Positions 9,378-17,740 of a stretch of DNA of 36,980 nt are shown in pieces. The position numbers and the translations under genes are program-made. The stretch comes from Desulfurellaceae bacterium (GTDB lineage: Bacteria; Campylobacterota_A; Desulfurellia; JAGGSF01): contig JAGMDW010000185.1 of the NCBI GenBank assembly GCA_023128455.1, positions 1-36,980 of the forward strand. The letters are read 5' to 3'. Within the stretch, counting starts at the first letter, position 1, and every line of letters starts with the position of its first letter. The notes under the pieces were generated by a model. The model was not told the DNA's origin. It did no database searches and worked only from the letters and a program-made list of their open reading frames with translations.

Positions 9378-10586
9378 TTATAGGTTTTTTTCATCACTCA
9401 TCAATAGTTTCTCAATACCATCCACATAGCAAGAAAGAACATTTTTATAATAATCAAAAAATTTCTCATTTTTCCCGTTTTTCTCTTGTAAAACCTCTTT
9501 CATCTTTTCTGCTAATTCTTCTCCACTATGCACGCAAAACCCCAATCCCATTTTAGTAATTCTATCTACCTCTTCTTTAAAATTATCCATAAAAGGACCA
9601 AATATCACTTTCCTCTCAGATAGAAGCCCTTCTATGGGATTATGTCCTCCTATATTAGGGATTAGACTGCCCCCAATAAATACTGCTTTACTATTTTTAT
9701 AAAAAGAAACCAATTCCCCGTATGTGTCTAAGAGTATTGTATTTCCCCATTTTTTTTCGGTTCTTCTTCTATAATCAATATTTTCTTCCTTCAATCTCTT
9801 TTCAAATAGAGATAATTTTTCTAAATGACGAGGAGCTACTACAATCATTCTTTTTTCATTTATAAGCTTTTTTACAACAGGTATTATTATGTCAAGTTCT
9901 TTGGTATGTATACTACCAAATGTAATTACATCATATTGTGCTGACAAACCTATTTCTTTTGTCTCTTCAATACACGGAAGTCCCTTTATATTGCCGCATA
10001 CTTTCATGATTCCCTTGCCGTCTGTTAGTTTAAGAAACTTCGATTTATCATCTTCACTCCTCACAAAAATAGCATCAAACATTTGTAAAACAGGTTTAAA
10101 GAAAAAAGAAAAGAAACGATACCACTTAAAACCTCTTTTGCTCATCCTTCCATTCACGATAAATATGGGAATGTGGTGTGCTTTTAAAAAATATACCAAG
10201 GAAGGCCATATCTCCGTTTCAAAAAAAACCGCAAATCTTGGTTTATTATAAAACATCACTGAATAAAGGAAAAAGATATCTAAGGGAAGAAAATAAACGG
10301 AAGAATACAACTGTTTTGCCCTTTTAAAACCCGTATCCGTAAATGTAGTAATCACAGGATCCAAAGAAAAGCGCTTTTGCAGTTGTTCTATTAGTAGCTT
10401 GGAGGCATTTATCTCACCCAAGGATGAAGCATGGAAAAGAAAAAAATTATCTATTTTTATTTTCTTAGGTAAAAAGCGCTCTTTTATCCTGTATCGCCAT
10501 CTTTTGTTGATAAAAATCTTATAAATAAGAAAAGGGGATGCGAAAAGTAAAGCTAAAACAATAAAGAGATTATACAAAAAGATCAT
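9378..10586 (-). CDS. waaA: 3-deoxy-D-manno-octulosonic acid (Kdo) transferase
   Basis: N-terminal TM, HASSLGE, ETEIWP, NGRMS, GNIK, APRH, DTYGEL and GGSL..GGHNPIE. Confidence 0.95.
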   Translation of the reverse strand: MIFLYNLFIVLALLFASPFLIYKIFINKRWRYRIKERFLPKKIKIDNFFLFHASSLGEINASKLLIEQLQKRFSLDPVITTFTDTGFKRAKQLYSSVYFLPLDIFFLYSVMFYNKPRFAVFFETEIWPSLVYFLKAHHIPIFIVNGRMSKRGFKWYRFFSFFFKPVLQMFDAIFVRSEDDKSKFLKLTDGKGIMKVCGNIKGLPCIEETKEIGLSAQYDVITFGSIHTKELDIIIPVVKKLINEKRMIVVAPRHLEKLSLFEKRLKEENIDYRRRTEKKWGNTILLDTYGELVSFYKNSKAVFIGGSLIPNIGGHNPIEGLLSERKVIFGPFMDNFKEEVDRITKMGLGFCVHSGEELAEKMKEVLQEKNGKNEKFFDYYKNVLSCYVDGIEKLLMSDEKNL

Positions 10587-12310
10587 ATCTTAAACTGCAT
10601 CTTATATAATTTATGATAATAATCACAGCGATCAAATAATTCCTGATGATTCCCGCAATCTATAATCCTTCCATCTTTTATCACCACAATCATAGGAACA
10701 TTTAAAATAGTGGAAAACCTATGGGCAACGACCAATGTCGTTCTTCCCTTTATTAGAGTATTTAAGGCTTTTTGAACAATCTCTTCCGATGAGCTATCTA
10801 AAGATGCTGTTGCCTCATCTAAAATAAGGATTTGGGGGTTCTTTAATAATGCCCGTGCAATCGCTATACGCTGCCTTTCACCGCCTGAAAGTGTAAATCC
10901 CTGCTCCCCTAACACCGTATCATAACCATGAGGCAATTTTTGAATGAAATCATGAGCAAAGGCTGCCGTAGATACCTTTATGATATCTTCCATATTCACT
11001 TTACCGTCCATACCATAAGATATATTATTCTTCACGGTGTCATTGAACAAAAATGTATGCTGAGACACAATACCGATGTGTCTGCGTAAAGAAGACAGCT
11101 CAAAATCCTTTACATTCGTATCATCAAAACATATACAACCTGTGTTTATATCGTAGAAACGAGGAACAAGATCCATTAAGGTGGATTTCCCTCCTCCGCT
11201 CTCGCCCACAAAAGCAATAATTTCTCCTGCAGGAATGAACAGGTTTATATCTTTTAAAACCTTTTTGTCTTCATAGGAAAAAGAAACATTTTCAAAATTT
11301 ATACCCTTCTTTAATTCTATAAATTCTATTGCGTTTTTCTTATTTATTACTGTGGCTTTTCTATCCATCATCTCAAATATACGTTCAGCAGCAGGCAGCA
11401 CCGCCTGCACCTTACTGTAGGCCCGAGCAATGGATTTAAACGGTTTATAGAGCATAAACAAAGCGACGACAAATGAGAAAAAACCACCAACGGTAATAGT
11501 TCCTTTAAACACTAAATAGCCACCAAACCAGATGAGAAAAGCAAGCCCTATCGCACCGATAAGCTCCATCAAAGGAGAAACAAGCTCTGATACACGCACC
11601 GATTTCAAGTTTATCTTTAAGAAATCATTTCCTTTTTGTTCAAATTTCTTTGATTCTTTTTTCTCTGTGGCAAACGCCTTGATCACCCTTATTCCTGTGA
11701 ATGCTTCCTGAAGAATGGTAGTGACCATTGCCACTGTTTCCTGTCTCTTTTTGCCAATCTTTCTTAAGCGATTACCTAAATTTATCAGGGGATAAATAGC
11801 TATAGGAAAAACAATGGTAGAGATGAGAGCCAACTTCACATTGTTCATATATATAACAATAAGCAGAAAAACAACGGTAAACGACTCTCTTATCGCGTCC
11901 GGTATAGTGCGAGCAACAACTTCCTGCAGCATCCCTGTATCATTCATTACCCTGGAGATAAGCTCCCCGGTATGATAACGGTCAAAAAAATCTAAAGAAA
12001 GCATAGACATGCATTCAAATAGGTCATTCCTTATCTTGAACAATATATTTTCACCTACATAAGCCGCATACCAACTTTGAAGATAAGTAAAAATACCCTT
12101 TAGAAGGTAAACAATTACTACAGCTATGGGTAAAAGAACGAGCATCTGTTTGTTTTTAGAAATAAATATATCATCCAAAACAGGCTTTATTAAATAGGCA
12201 ACAAGGGCAGTTAATCCTCCCACAATTACCATTGATATACTGGATATGATTAAATATTTAATGTACGGTTTTACATATACAAATAACTTTTTAATAATTA
12301 ATTTAAGCAT
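10583..12310 (-). CDS. msbA: Lipid A export ABC transporter (permease/ATPase)
   Basis: TM domain plus Walker A GESGGGKST, signature LSGGERQR, Walker B ILDEAT and AHR. Located between lpxK and waaA. Confidence 0.92.
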   Translation of the reverse strand: MLKLIIKKLFVYVKPYIKYLIISSISMVIVGGLTALVAYLIKPVLDDIFISKNKQMLVLLPIAVVIVYLLKGIFTYLQSWYAAYVGENILFKIRNDLFECMSMLSLDFFDRYHTGELISRVMNDTGMLQEVVARTIPDAIRESFTVVFLLIVIYMNNVKLALISTIVFPIAIYPLINLGNRLRKIGKKRQETVAMVTTILQEAFTGIRVIKAFATEKKESKKFEQKGNDFLKINLKSVRVSELVSPLMELIGAIGLAFLIWFGGYLVFKGTITVGGFFSFVVALFMLYKPFKSIARAYSKVQAVLPAAERIFEMMDRKATVINKKNAIEFIELKKGINFENVSFSYEDKKVLKDINLFIPAGEIIAFVGESGGGKSTLMDLVPRFYDINTGCICFDDTNVKDFELSSLRRHIGIVSQHTFLFNDTVKNNISYGMDGKVNMEDIIKVSTAAFAHDFIQKLPHGYDTVLGEQGFTLSGGERQRIAIARALLKNPQILILDEATASLDSSSEEIVQKALNTLIKGRTTLVVAHRFSTILNVPMIVVIKDGRIIDCGNHQELFDRCDYYHKLYKMQFKI

Positions 12311-13280
12311 TCTCTGTCTCTTCTATCAAATCATCTATATTTTTTATTTCCAAGGTATAATCTAAATAAGCACAATCAAAATCTTTTAATTTTACCATAT
12401 CTTTAGTAGTGGTGAGCAAAACATCAGCATTTGTCTTATATTTTAAGTTAAGGAGTTTCTCCTTGTCCGCACTGGTATATATATGATGATCCATAAAAAA
12501 TCTTTCGCCTACAATCCTAATATTCATATCCTTAACACTGCTTTTAAAAGACAGCGGATTGCCAATAGCACAAAAGATAAAAGCACTACGAGGAAAAATT
12601 CTCTCACCTTCCCTACTAAATATGCCTACAGGTTTAAATACTGCCTTTTTACCTATACATACTGCACTATCAACCTTCCTTTTATACACTGAAATTACCT
12701 GATCCGCAAATTTTATACAATTTTTATTTTCTCTCAAATTGCCTGCTGGGAATAGAAGTCCGTCCGCAAAGGGATTTTCTCCATCCAGCACCAATATCTC
12801 ATAGTCTTTCTTTACTTTTAAATATTGAAAAGAATCATCTAAAATTACATATTTAAAACCCATGTTCTTGGCATATTCAACACCCTTTATTCTATCTTTA
12901 GCGCTAATCACAGGAACATTCGTCTTGCCGGCAATAAGCAATGCCTCATCGGAGACAAAAGGAATATCAAAAAACACATCATGCCCATCAAAAACAAGAG
13001 TAGGAACTTTTATCTTTCCTCCGTACCCGCTTACTATAACACATACATCTCTATCTCTATCTTTCAACGCTTTAGCTATCCTTATAACAACCGGAGTTTT
13101 CCCTGCACCTCCCAAGGTAACACCACCCACACCAATAATCTTAATATCAATAATCTTTTTCCTAAAAAGATTATTATACAAAATCCTACGCAAATATAAT
13201 ATTAACCCAAAAATAATAGAAAGAGGAAAAAGCAAGGGGAGCAAGATCTTTTGAATCTTATTTATCCATATAATGTTCAT
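12303..13280 (-). CDS. lpxK: Tetraacyldisaccharide 4'-kinase (divergent)
   Basis: P-loop GGAGKTP, SDE, LDD.FQ, PAGNLRE, IGNP..F, F.DHH and T.KD.VK motifs, plus gene context. Confidence 0.92.
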   Translation of the reverse strand: MNIIWINKIQKILLPLLFPLSIIFGLILYLRRILYNNLFRKKIIDIKIIGVGGVTLGGAGKTPVVIRIAKALKDRDRDVCVIVSGYGGKIKVPTLVFDGHDVFFDIPFVSDEALLIAGKTNVPVISAKDRIKGVEYAKNMGFKYVILDDSFQYLKVKKDYEILVLDGENPFADGLLFPAGNLRENKNCIKFADQVISVYKRKVDSAVCIGKKAVFKPVGIFSREGERIFPRSAFIFCAIGNPLSFKSSVKDMNIRIVGERFFMDHHIYTSADKEKLLNLKYKTNADVLLTTTKDMVKLKDFDCAYLDYTLEIKNIDDLIEETENA

Positions 13281-13328
13281 AAAAACCTCTGGTTTTTCTG
13301 GAAATTTTTACGGTAAATCACAGAATTG

Positions 13329-13901
13329 TCACAAAACATCACCAATAAAAGAGCTTATCCTTTCTATGTCTTGTTTGTCATTAACATAAACAGGTTCTAA
13401 AAACTTAACACTCACTTCACTTAAAGGTTTAGGGATAAAAAATCTATCCCAACTCTTGAGTTGCCATGCTCTTCTGTGTTCTACTCTTATAGGAACTATA
13501 GGTACTTTCGCCAAATAAGCCAATTCCAGCGGTCCCTTTTTCATCTTGTGATAAGGACCTTTCGGTCCATCCGGGGTAATAGCAATATCGCAATTTTCCT
13601 TTTTTATTGCCTTCAGCATCATTTTAAATGCCTGGTAAGGTTCTCTGTGACTGGATCCAGGAATATTACCAATACTAAAAAAACGCATAATTTGAGTAGC
13701 TAACCTTCCGTCACGATGGGTACTGACAAGTGTCTTTATACAGCCACCCTTATAAAGAAATGGCATAACGAACATGTTCCCATGCCAAAATGCATACACC
13801 ACAGGAGAATGAATATCTTCTCTCTTAAAACTCCAGCTAACCCTTACTTTAAAAAACAAACGGTAAAATCTTAATAGAAGATAAGCAGGAAAAGTCCACA
13901 T
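13329..13901 (-). CDS. DUF374 lysophospholipid acyltransferase family protein (LpxJ-like late lipid A acyltransferase)
   Basis: FWHG, S.HRDG, GSS, ITPDGPKGP and SWDRF.IPKP motifs. Located between lpxB and lpxK. Confidence 0.85.
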   Translation of the reverse strand: MWTFPAYLLLRFYRLFFKVRVSWSFKREDIHSPVVYAFWHGNMFVMPFLYKGGCIKTLVSTHRDGRLATQIMRFFSIGNIPGSSHREPYQAFKMMLKAIKKENCDIAITPDGPKGPYHKMKKGPLELAYLAKVPIVPIRVEHRRAWQLKSWDRFFIPKPLSEVSVKFLEPVYVNDKQDIERISSFIGDVL

Positions 13902-14998
13902 CAGGAATAAAAAGAATTATAGATAAGCGAAGCCGCAGAATAAGAAACACCGGGTTTTCCCAGAGAGCTTTTCACCCCCGATAATCTATCCTTGAAACTG
14001 GTGTATATACTCCTATTGGTCAATATATGAACAATTAATTCTTCTATATAAGATGGAGTGGCATTTCCTCCAATAAGTTCCGGAACGATCCTCTTCCCTG
14101 CTATAATATTGGGCAATCCAATATCTTTTACTCGACGAATAAGCATTCTACCCAAAAGATAACTTAAACGAGATATTTTATACACGATAATCATAGGCAA
14201 CCCAAACACGGCACATTCTAAGGTAGCGGTGCCTGAAGCCACAATAGCTATCTTTGAGATGTCCATCATGCGACAGGTATCTTCTACCACTTCTACAAAT
14301 GGGTATTTATTTTTTATAGTGTTTATAAAATCTACATCCACATTCCCACCTGTTGCCCACACAAATGTGAATTTAGGGAGTCTTTTCTTCAAGTCCTTTG
14401 CCGCATCAAATATAATAGGTAAATTGTAACTTATCTCGTCCTTTCTACTACCAGGAAGTAGTAGTACTATATCTTCTTTTTTATGAATGCCTATTTTTCC
14501 ATCCAATACATCTAAGATAGGATGACCAAAATAAAAAACCTTTTCATGATGAGGAAAATTTCTATAAAATGCGCGTTCAAAAGGGAAAACAGTAATAATC
14601 TTGTCACAAAATTTCGTCATTGTTCTTACTCTATAGGACCTCCAGGCCCAAACCTGAGGAGCAACATAGTAGACAACCTTCTTCTTTCTTTTATAAGCAA
14701 GTTTCCCCACCTTAAAATTAAATTCTGGAAAATCAACAAGAATCACTCCATCCATATCATCTATTACATCTTTTATCTTACCGTATATCTCAAGTGCCCT
14801 TTTAAGCTTTGGTACCGCTTCTTTTACTCCAACAACAGATATATCCCTATAATCGGCTAACAACTCAATTTCATCTTTAAGTAGATGTGAACCCAGCCCA
14901 ACAAAGTCTATATCATCCAACTTTTTCAACTCTCTTATTAATAAAGAGGCGTATTTTTCTCCGGACGCTTCACCGCAAACCAAAAGTAATCTCTTCAC
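13901..14998 (-). CDS. lpxB: Lipid A disaccharide synthase
   Basis: GEASG, VDFPEFN, YYVAPQVWAWR, GHP, LLPGSR, SGTATLE and LPNI motifs. Start placed at GTG 14998 (GTGA overlap with the lpxA stop). The ORF track starts at 15004. Confidence 0.96.
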   Translation of the reverse strand: MKRLLLVCGEASGEKYASLLIRELKKLDDIDFVGLGSHLLKDEIELLADYRDISVVGVKEAVPKLKRALEIYGKIKDVIDDMDGVILVDFPEFNFKVGKLAYKRKKKVVYYVAPQVWAWRSYRVRTMTKFCDKIITVFPFERAFYRNFPHHEKVFYFGHPILDVLDGKIGIHKKEDIVLLLPGSRKDEISYNLPIIFDAAKDLKKRLPKFTFVWATGGNVDVDFINTIKNKYPFVEVVEDTCRMMDISKIAIVASGTATLECAVFGLPMIIVYKISRLSYLLGRMLIRRVKDIGLPNIIAGKRIVPELIGGNATPSYIEELIVHILTNRSIYTSFKDRLSGVKSSLGKPGVSYSAASLIYNSFYS

Positions 14999-15762
14999 CT
15001 GCAAAAACCACGATTAGAAGAATGTACAAATTCCAGGATTTTCTTTATATACGGAGATTCTTCCTTTTCTAATTCCTTTATTATTTCTTTTAACGAAAGA
15101 TGAGAACGAAATATAATCTTATAAGCTTGTTTGATTGCCTTTATATCTTCTCTACTAAATCCATGTCTGCGCAGTCCTACAACATTTATACCGTATGGCT
15201 CAGCTCTGTTACCTGTCACTAAGATATAGGGTAAGACATCCTGAGAAACTCCACTCACACCACCAATCATAGAATATGCACCAACTCTAACAAATTGATG
15301 AACAGCTGCAAGCCCACCTATGCAGGCAAAATCCTCAACGATAACATGACCTGCTAACTGCACTACATTGGCCATAATTACATTGTTCCCAATCATACAG
15401 TCATGTGCAATATGGGCATAAGCCATAATAAAATTTCCATTTCCAATACGAGTAACACCTCCACCATGCCCTGTTCCTCTATTAATCATAACAAATTCCC
15501 TGATAATATTATTATCACCAATTACAAGTTGTGTCTCTTCAGCTTCTTTAAAGTTAATATCCTGTGGAATAGTCCCTAATACAGTATGATGAAAAATATT
15601 ACAGTTTTTCCCAATAGTTGTGTAATCTTCTATTATTACATTATTACCAATCTTTGTATTGTCTCCTATGCATACTTTTTTTCCTATATAACTATAAGGT
15701 CCTATCTCTACATCCTTCCCAATCTTTGCTTCCTTGCTTACTATCGCCGTAGGATGAATCAT
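14995..15762 (-). CDS. lpxA: Acyl-ACP--UDP-N-acetylglucosamine O-acyltransferase
   Basis: IHPTAIV, hexapeptide repeats, PQD, IREFV.INRGT, MAYAHIAHDC, LAGHV and VHQF. Confidence 0.97.
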   Translation of the reverse strand: MIHPTAIVSKEAKIGKDVEIGPYSYIGKKVCIGDNTKIGNNVIIEDYTTIGKNCNIFHHTVLGTIPQDINFKEAEETQLVIGDNNIIREFVMINRGTGHGGGVTRIGNGNFIMAYAHIAHDCMIGNNVIMANVVQLAGHVIVEDFACIGGLAAVHQFVRVGAYSMIGGVSGVSQDVLPYILVTGNRAEPYGINVVGLRRHGFSREDIKAIKQAYKIIFRSHLSLKEIIKELEKEESPYIKKILEFVHSSNRGFCR

Positions 15763-16197
15763 TTAAACCACCTGGGCCATCATAATCGCTTCTGCCACAA
15801 CATTTTTCTCAACAAATGCTTTTCCTTCAAGTTTCCAAATATTCCCTCTTCTCTTTACTATATTTACCTTTAATTCCAAACTGTCACCAGGAATAACAGG
15901 TTTTCTAAACTTTGCCTTTTCTATCCCCATAAAATACACCACCTTATCACTCGTCGGCCCCTTCTCATCTAATGATAAAAAACACAAAACCCCACCTGCT
16001 TGAGCCATAGCTTCCACAATCAAAACACCAGGCATAACTGCTTTATGGGGAAAATGACCAACAAAAAACGGCTCATCGTAGGTTACATTTTTTATCGCCG
16101 TGATGGAAGAACCCTTTTTCACATTAATAATCCTATCAATGAGTAAAAATGGTGGACGATGGGGTAAAATGCGTTTAATTTCTTCTATATCCATCAT
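15763..16197 (-). CDS. fabZ: 3-hydroxyacyl-ACP dehydratase
   Basis: LPHRPPFLLIDR, GHFP..AVMPGVLIVEAMAQ and FRKPV.PGD. Confidence 0.97.
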   Translation of the reverse strand: MMDIEEIKRILPHRPPFLLIDRIINVKKGSSITAIKNVTYDEPFFVGHFPHKAVMPGVLIVEAMAQAGGVLCFLSLDEKGPTSDKVVYFMGIEKAKFRKPVIPGDSLELKVNIVKRRGNIWKLEGKAFVEKNVVAEAIMMAQVV

Positions 16198-17228
16198 CTT
16201 TGTTCCTCCTCTACCTTCTCCAATCTCTGTTCAATAAGTTTCACCCGTTCATAAAATTGCTGCAGTCTATTGACCATCGCCATATTCTTCAGTGCCCTTT
16301 TGTGTTCTATTGCTGGTATGCCAAAATATGTACCTTTTTTTCTAATATTTCCCGGGACACCAGATTTGGCGCCAACAATAACATCATCAGCAATCCTTAT
16401 GTGTCCAACCACGCCTACCTGGCCGGCTAAAATCACATTCTTTCCTATCTTTGTGCTGCCTGCAATACCTACTTGAGCTACTATTACACCATTTTCTCCT
16501 ATTTCCACATTGTGAGCAATCTGAACCAGATTGTCTATCTTAACGCCTTTTTTTATCAGCGTTTCATCAAATGTCGCTCTGTCTATAGTGGTATTTGCTC
16601 CAATTTCTACATCATCTTCTATAACTACCTTACCTACCTGCATAATCTTTTCTCTCGAGCCATCTCCTCTTTCCGCATATCCAAATCCATCACTACCGAT
16701 TACAGCCCCAGGCTGCAAGATCACTCTATTGCCTATTTTTGTACCTTCCCTCAACACCACATGCGAATAAATCAGACAGTTCTCTCCTATATCCACATCA
16801 GAACCAATATATGTAAAAGGAAAAATCTGTGTTCCTTTCCCAATGTGCACATCTTCGGCAATATAGGCAAACGGAGCTATGCCCACATCCTCATCACATT
16901 TAGCGCTACTATCCACAGACGCCATTTCGCTTATTCCTCTAAAATGTACTTTCGGAGGATAAAACAATGGTAAAGCTTCAGCTAAGGAAATTTGGATATT
17001 AGGAGAAAGAAGAAAAGTCTTATTTGGAAAATGAGAATAATCAAAACCTTCAGCTACGAGAATGGCTCTCGCACGGGTTAATTTCAGATCTTCAGCATAC
17101 CCTTCATACGCCACAAAAGCCAAATCGTTGTCTTCCGCCGAATTTAGAGAAGCAACACCACTAATTTCTAATTCTTCGTTACCTACAAATTTAATTTGTA
17201 AAGCTTTGGCCAAATCACTTACTTTCAT
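16194..17228 (-). CDS. lpxD: UDP-3-O-(3-hydroxyacyl)glucosamine N-acyltransferase
   Basis: Hexapeptide repeats, IGSDGFGY, VEIGANTTIDR, KIDNLVQIAHN and GH motif. Confidence 0.97.
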   Translation of the reverse strand: MKVSDLAKALQIKFVGNEELEISGVASLNSAEDNDLAFVAYEGYAEDLKLTRARAILVAEGFDYSHFPNKTFLLSPNIQISLAEALPLFYPPKVHFRGISEMASVDSSAKCDEDVGIAPFAYIAEDVHIGKGTQIFPFTYIGSDVDIGENCLIYSHVVLREGTKIGNRVILQPGAVIGSDGFGYAERGDGSREKIMQVGKVVIEDDVEIGANTTIDRATFDETLIKKGVKIDNLVQIAHNVEIGENGVIVAQVGIAGSTKIGKNVILAGQVGVVGHIRIADDVIVGAKSGVPGNIRKKGTYFGIPAIEHKRALKNMAMVNRLQQFYERVKLIEQRLEKVEEEQR

Positions 17229-17731
17229 CTCTTCTTTTGAGTAAATTTGTTATATGCCTTTATAAGTTTATCCGTTAAATCCATTGTGGGATTGAAATAG
17301 ACTATCCCACCGTGTATCTCTATCACAATATCTATTTTTTCCTTCTTCGCTATCTTTTCAGTTATATCCACAAGGCCTTTTAGAATATTACTTTGATACT
17401 CATTGCTTTTATTCGAAATTTCCTCCTGAACCTTTCCCATAAAATTTTGCAATTCTCTAGCTTTTGTTTCATAGAGTGCTTCTTTCTTGCCTCTCTCTGC
17501 TTCTTTCAAGGCTTTTTTGGAAAGTTCCTCACGCAATTTCGTCAACTCTGCTTTTTTTCTCTCAATAATTTTTTTCTTTACTTCTACTGTCTTCTTTAAA
17601 TTTTGCACTGCGACTTTCCCCGCCTCACACTCATTCAATGCCTTTTGCAAGTCAACAACACCTACATTCAAAGAAAAACAAGTAGAAGTGAAGAAAAACA
17701 AAAAAACAAAAGAAAATAAAATTTTTTGCAT
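17225..17731 (-). CDS. skp: Periplasmic chaperone Skp/OmpH
   Basis: Signal peptide, VGVVDLQKAL, long coiled coil and DLTDKLI. Located between bamA and lpxD, with SD GGAGG. Confidence 0.9.
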   Translation of the reverse strand: MQKILFSFVFLFFFTSTCFSLNVGVVDLQKALNECEAGKVAVQNLKKTVEVKKKIIERKKAELTKLREELSKKALKEAERGKKEALYETKARELQNFMGKVQEEISNKSNEYQSNILKGLVDITEKIAKKEKIDIVIEIHGGIVYFNPTMDLTDKLIKAYNKFTQKKR

Positions 17732-17740
17732 AATACCTCC

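Noticed and set aside
13281-13328. Largest gap (48 bp) in the operon, considered as an internal promoter, terminator or small RNA
   Set aside because: No convincing -35/-10 pair or stable hairpin. Only a weak RBS (AGAGGT) for lpxK is visible.
14940-14985. LpxB GEASGE instead of GEASGD
   Set aside because: A single conservative change, with the other catalytic motifs (D.PEFN, PGSR) intact.
15300-16900. Periodic sequence in lpxA and lpxD
   Set aside because: Explained by hexapeptide left-handed beta-helix repeats, not a DNA repeat array.
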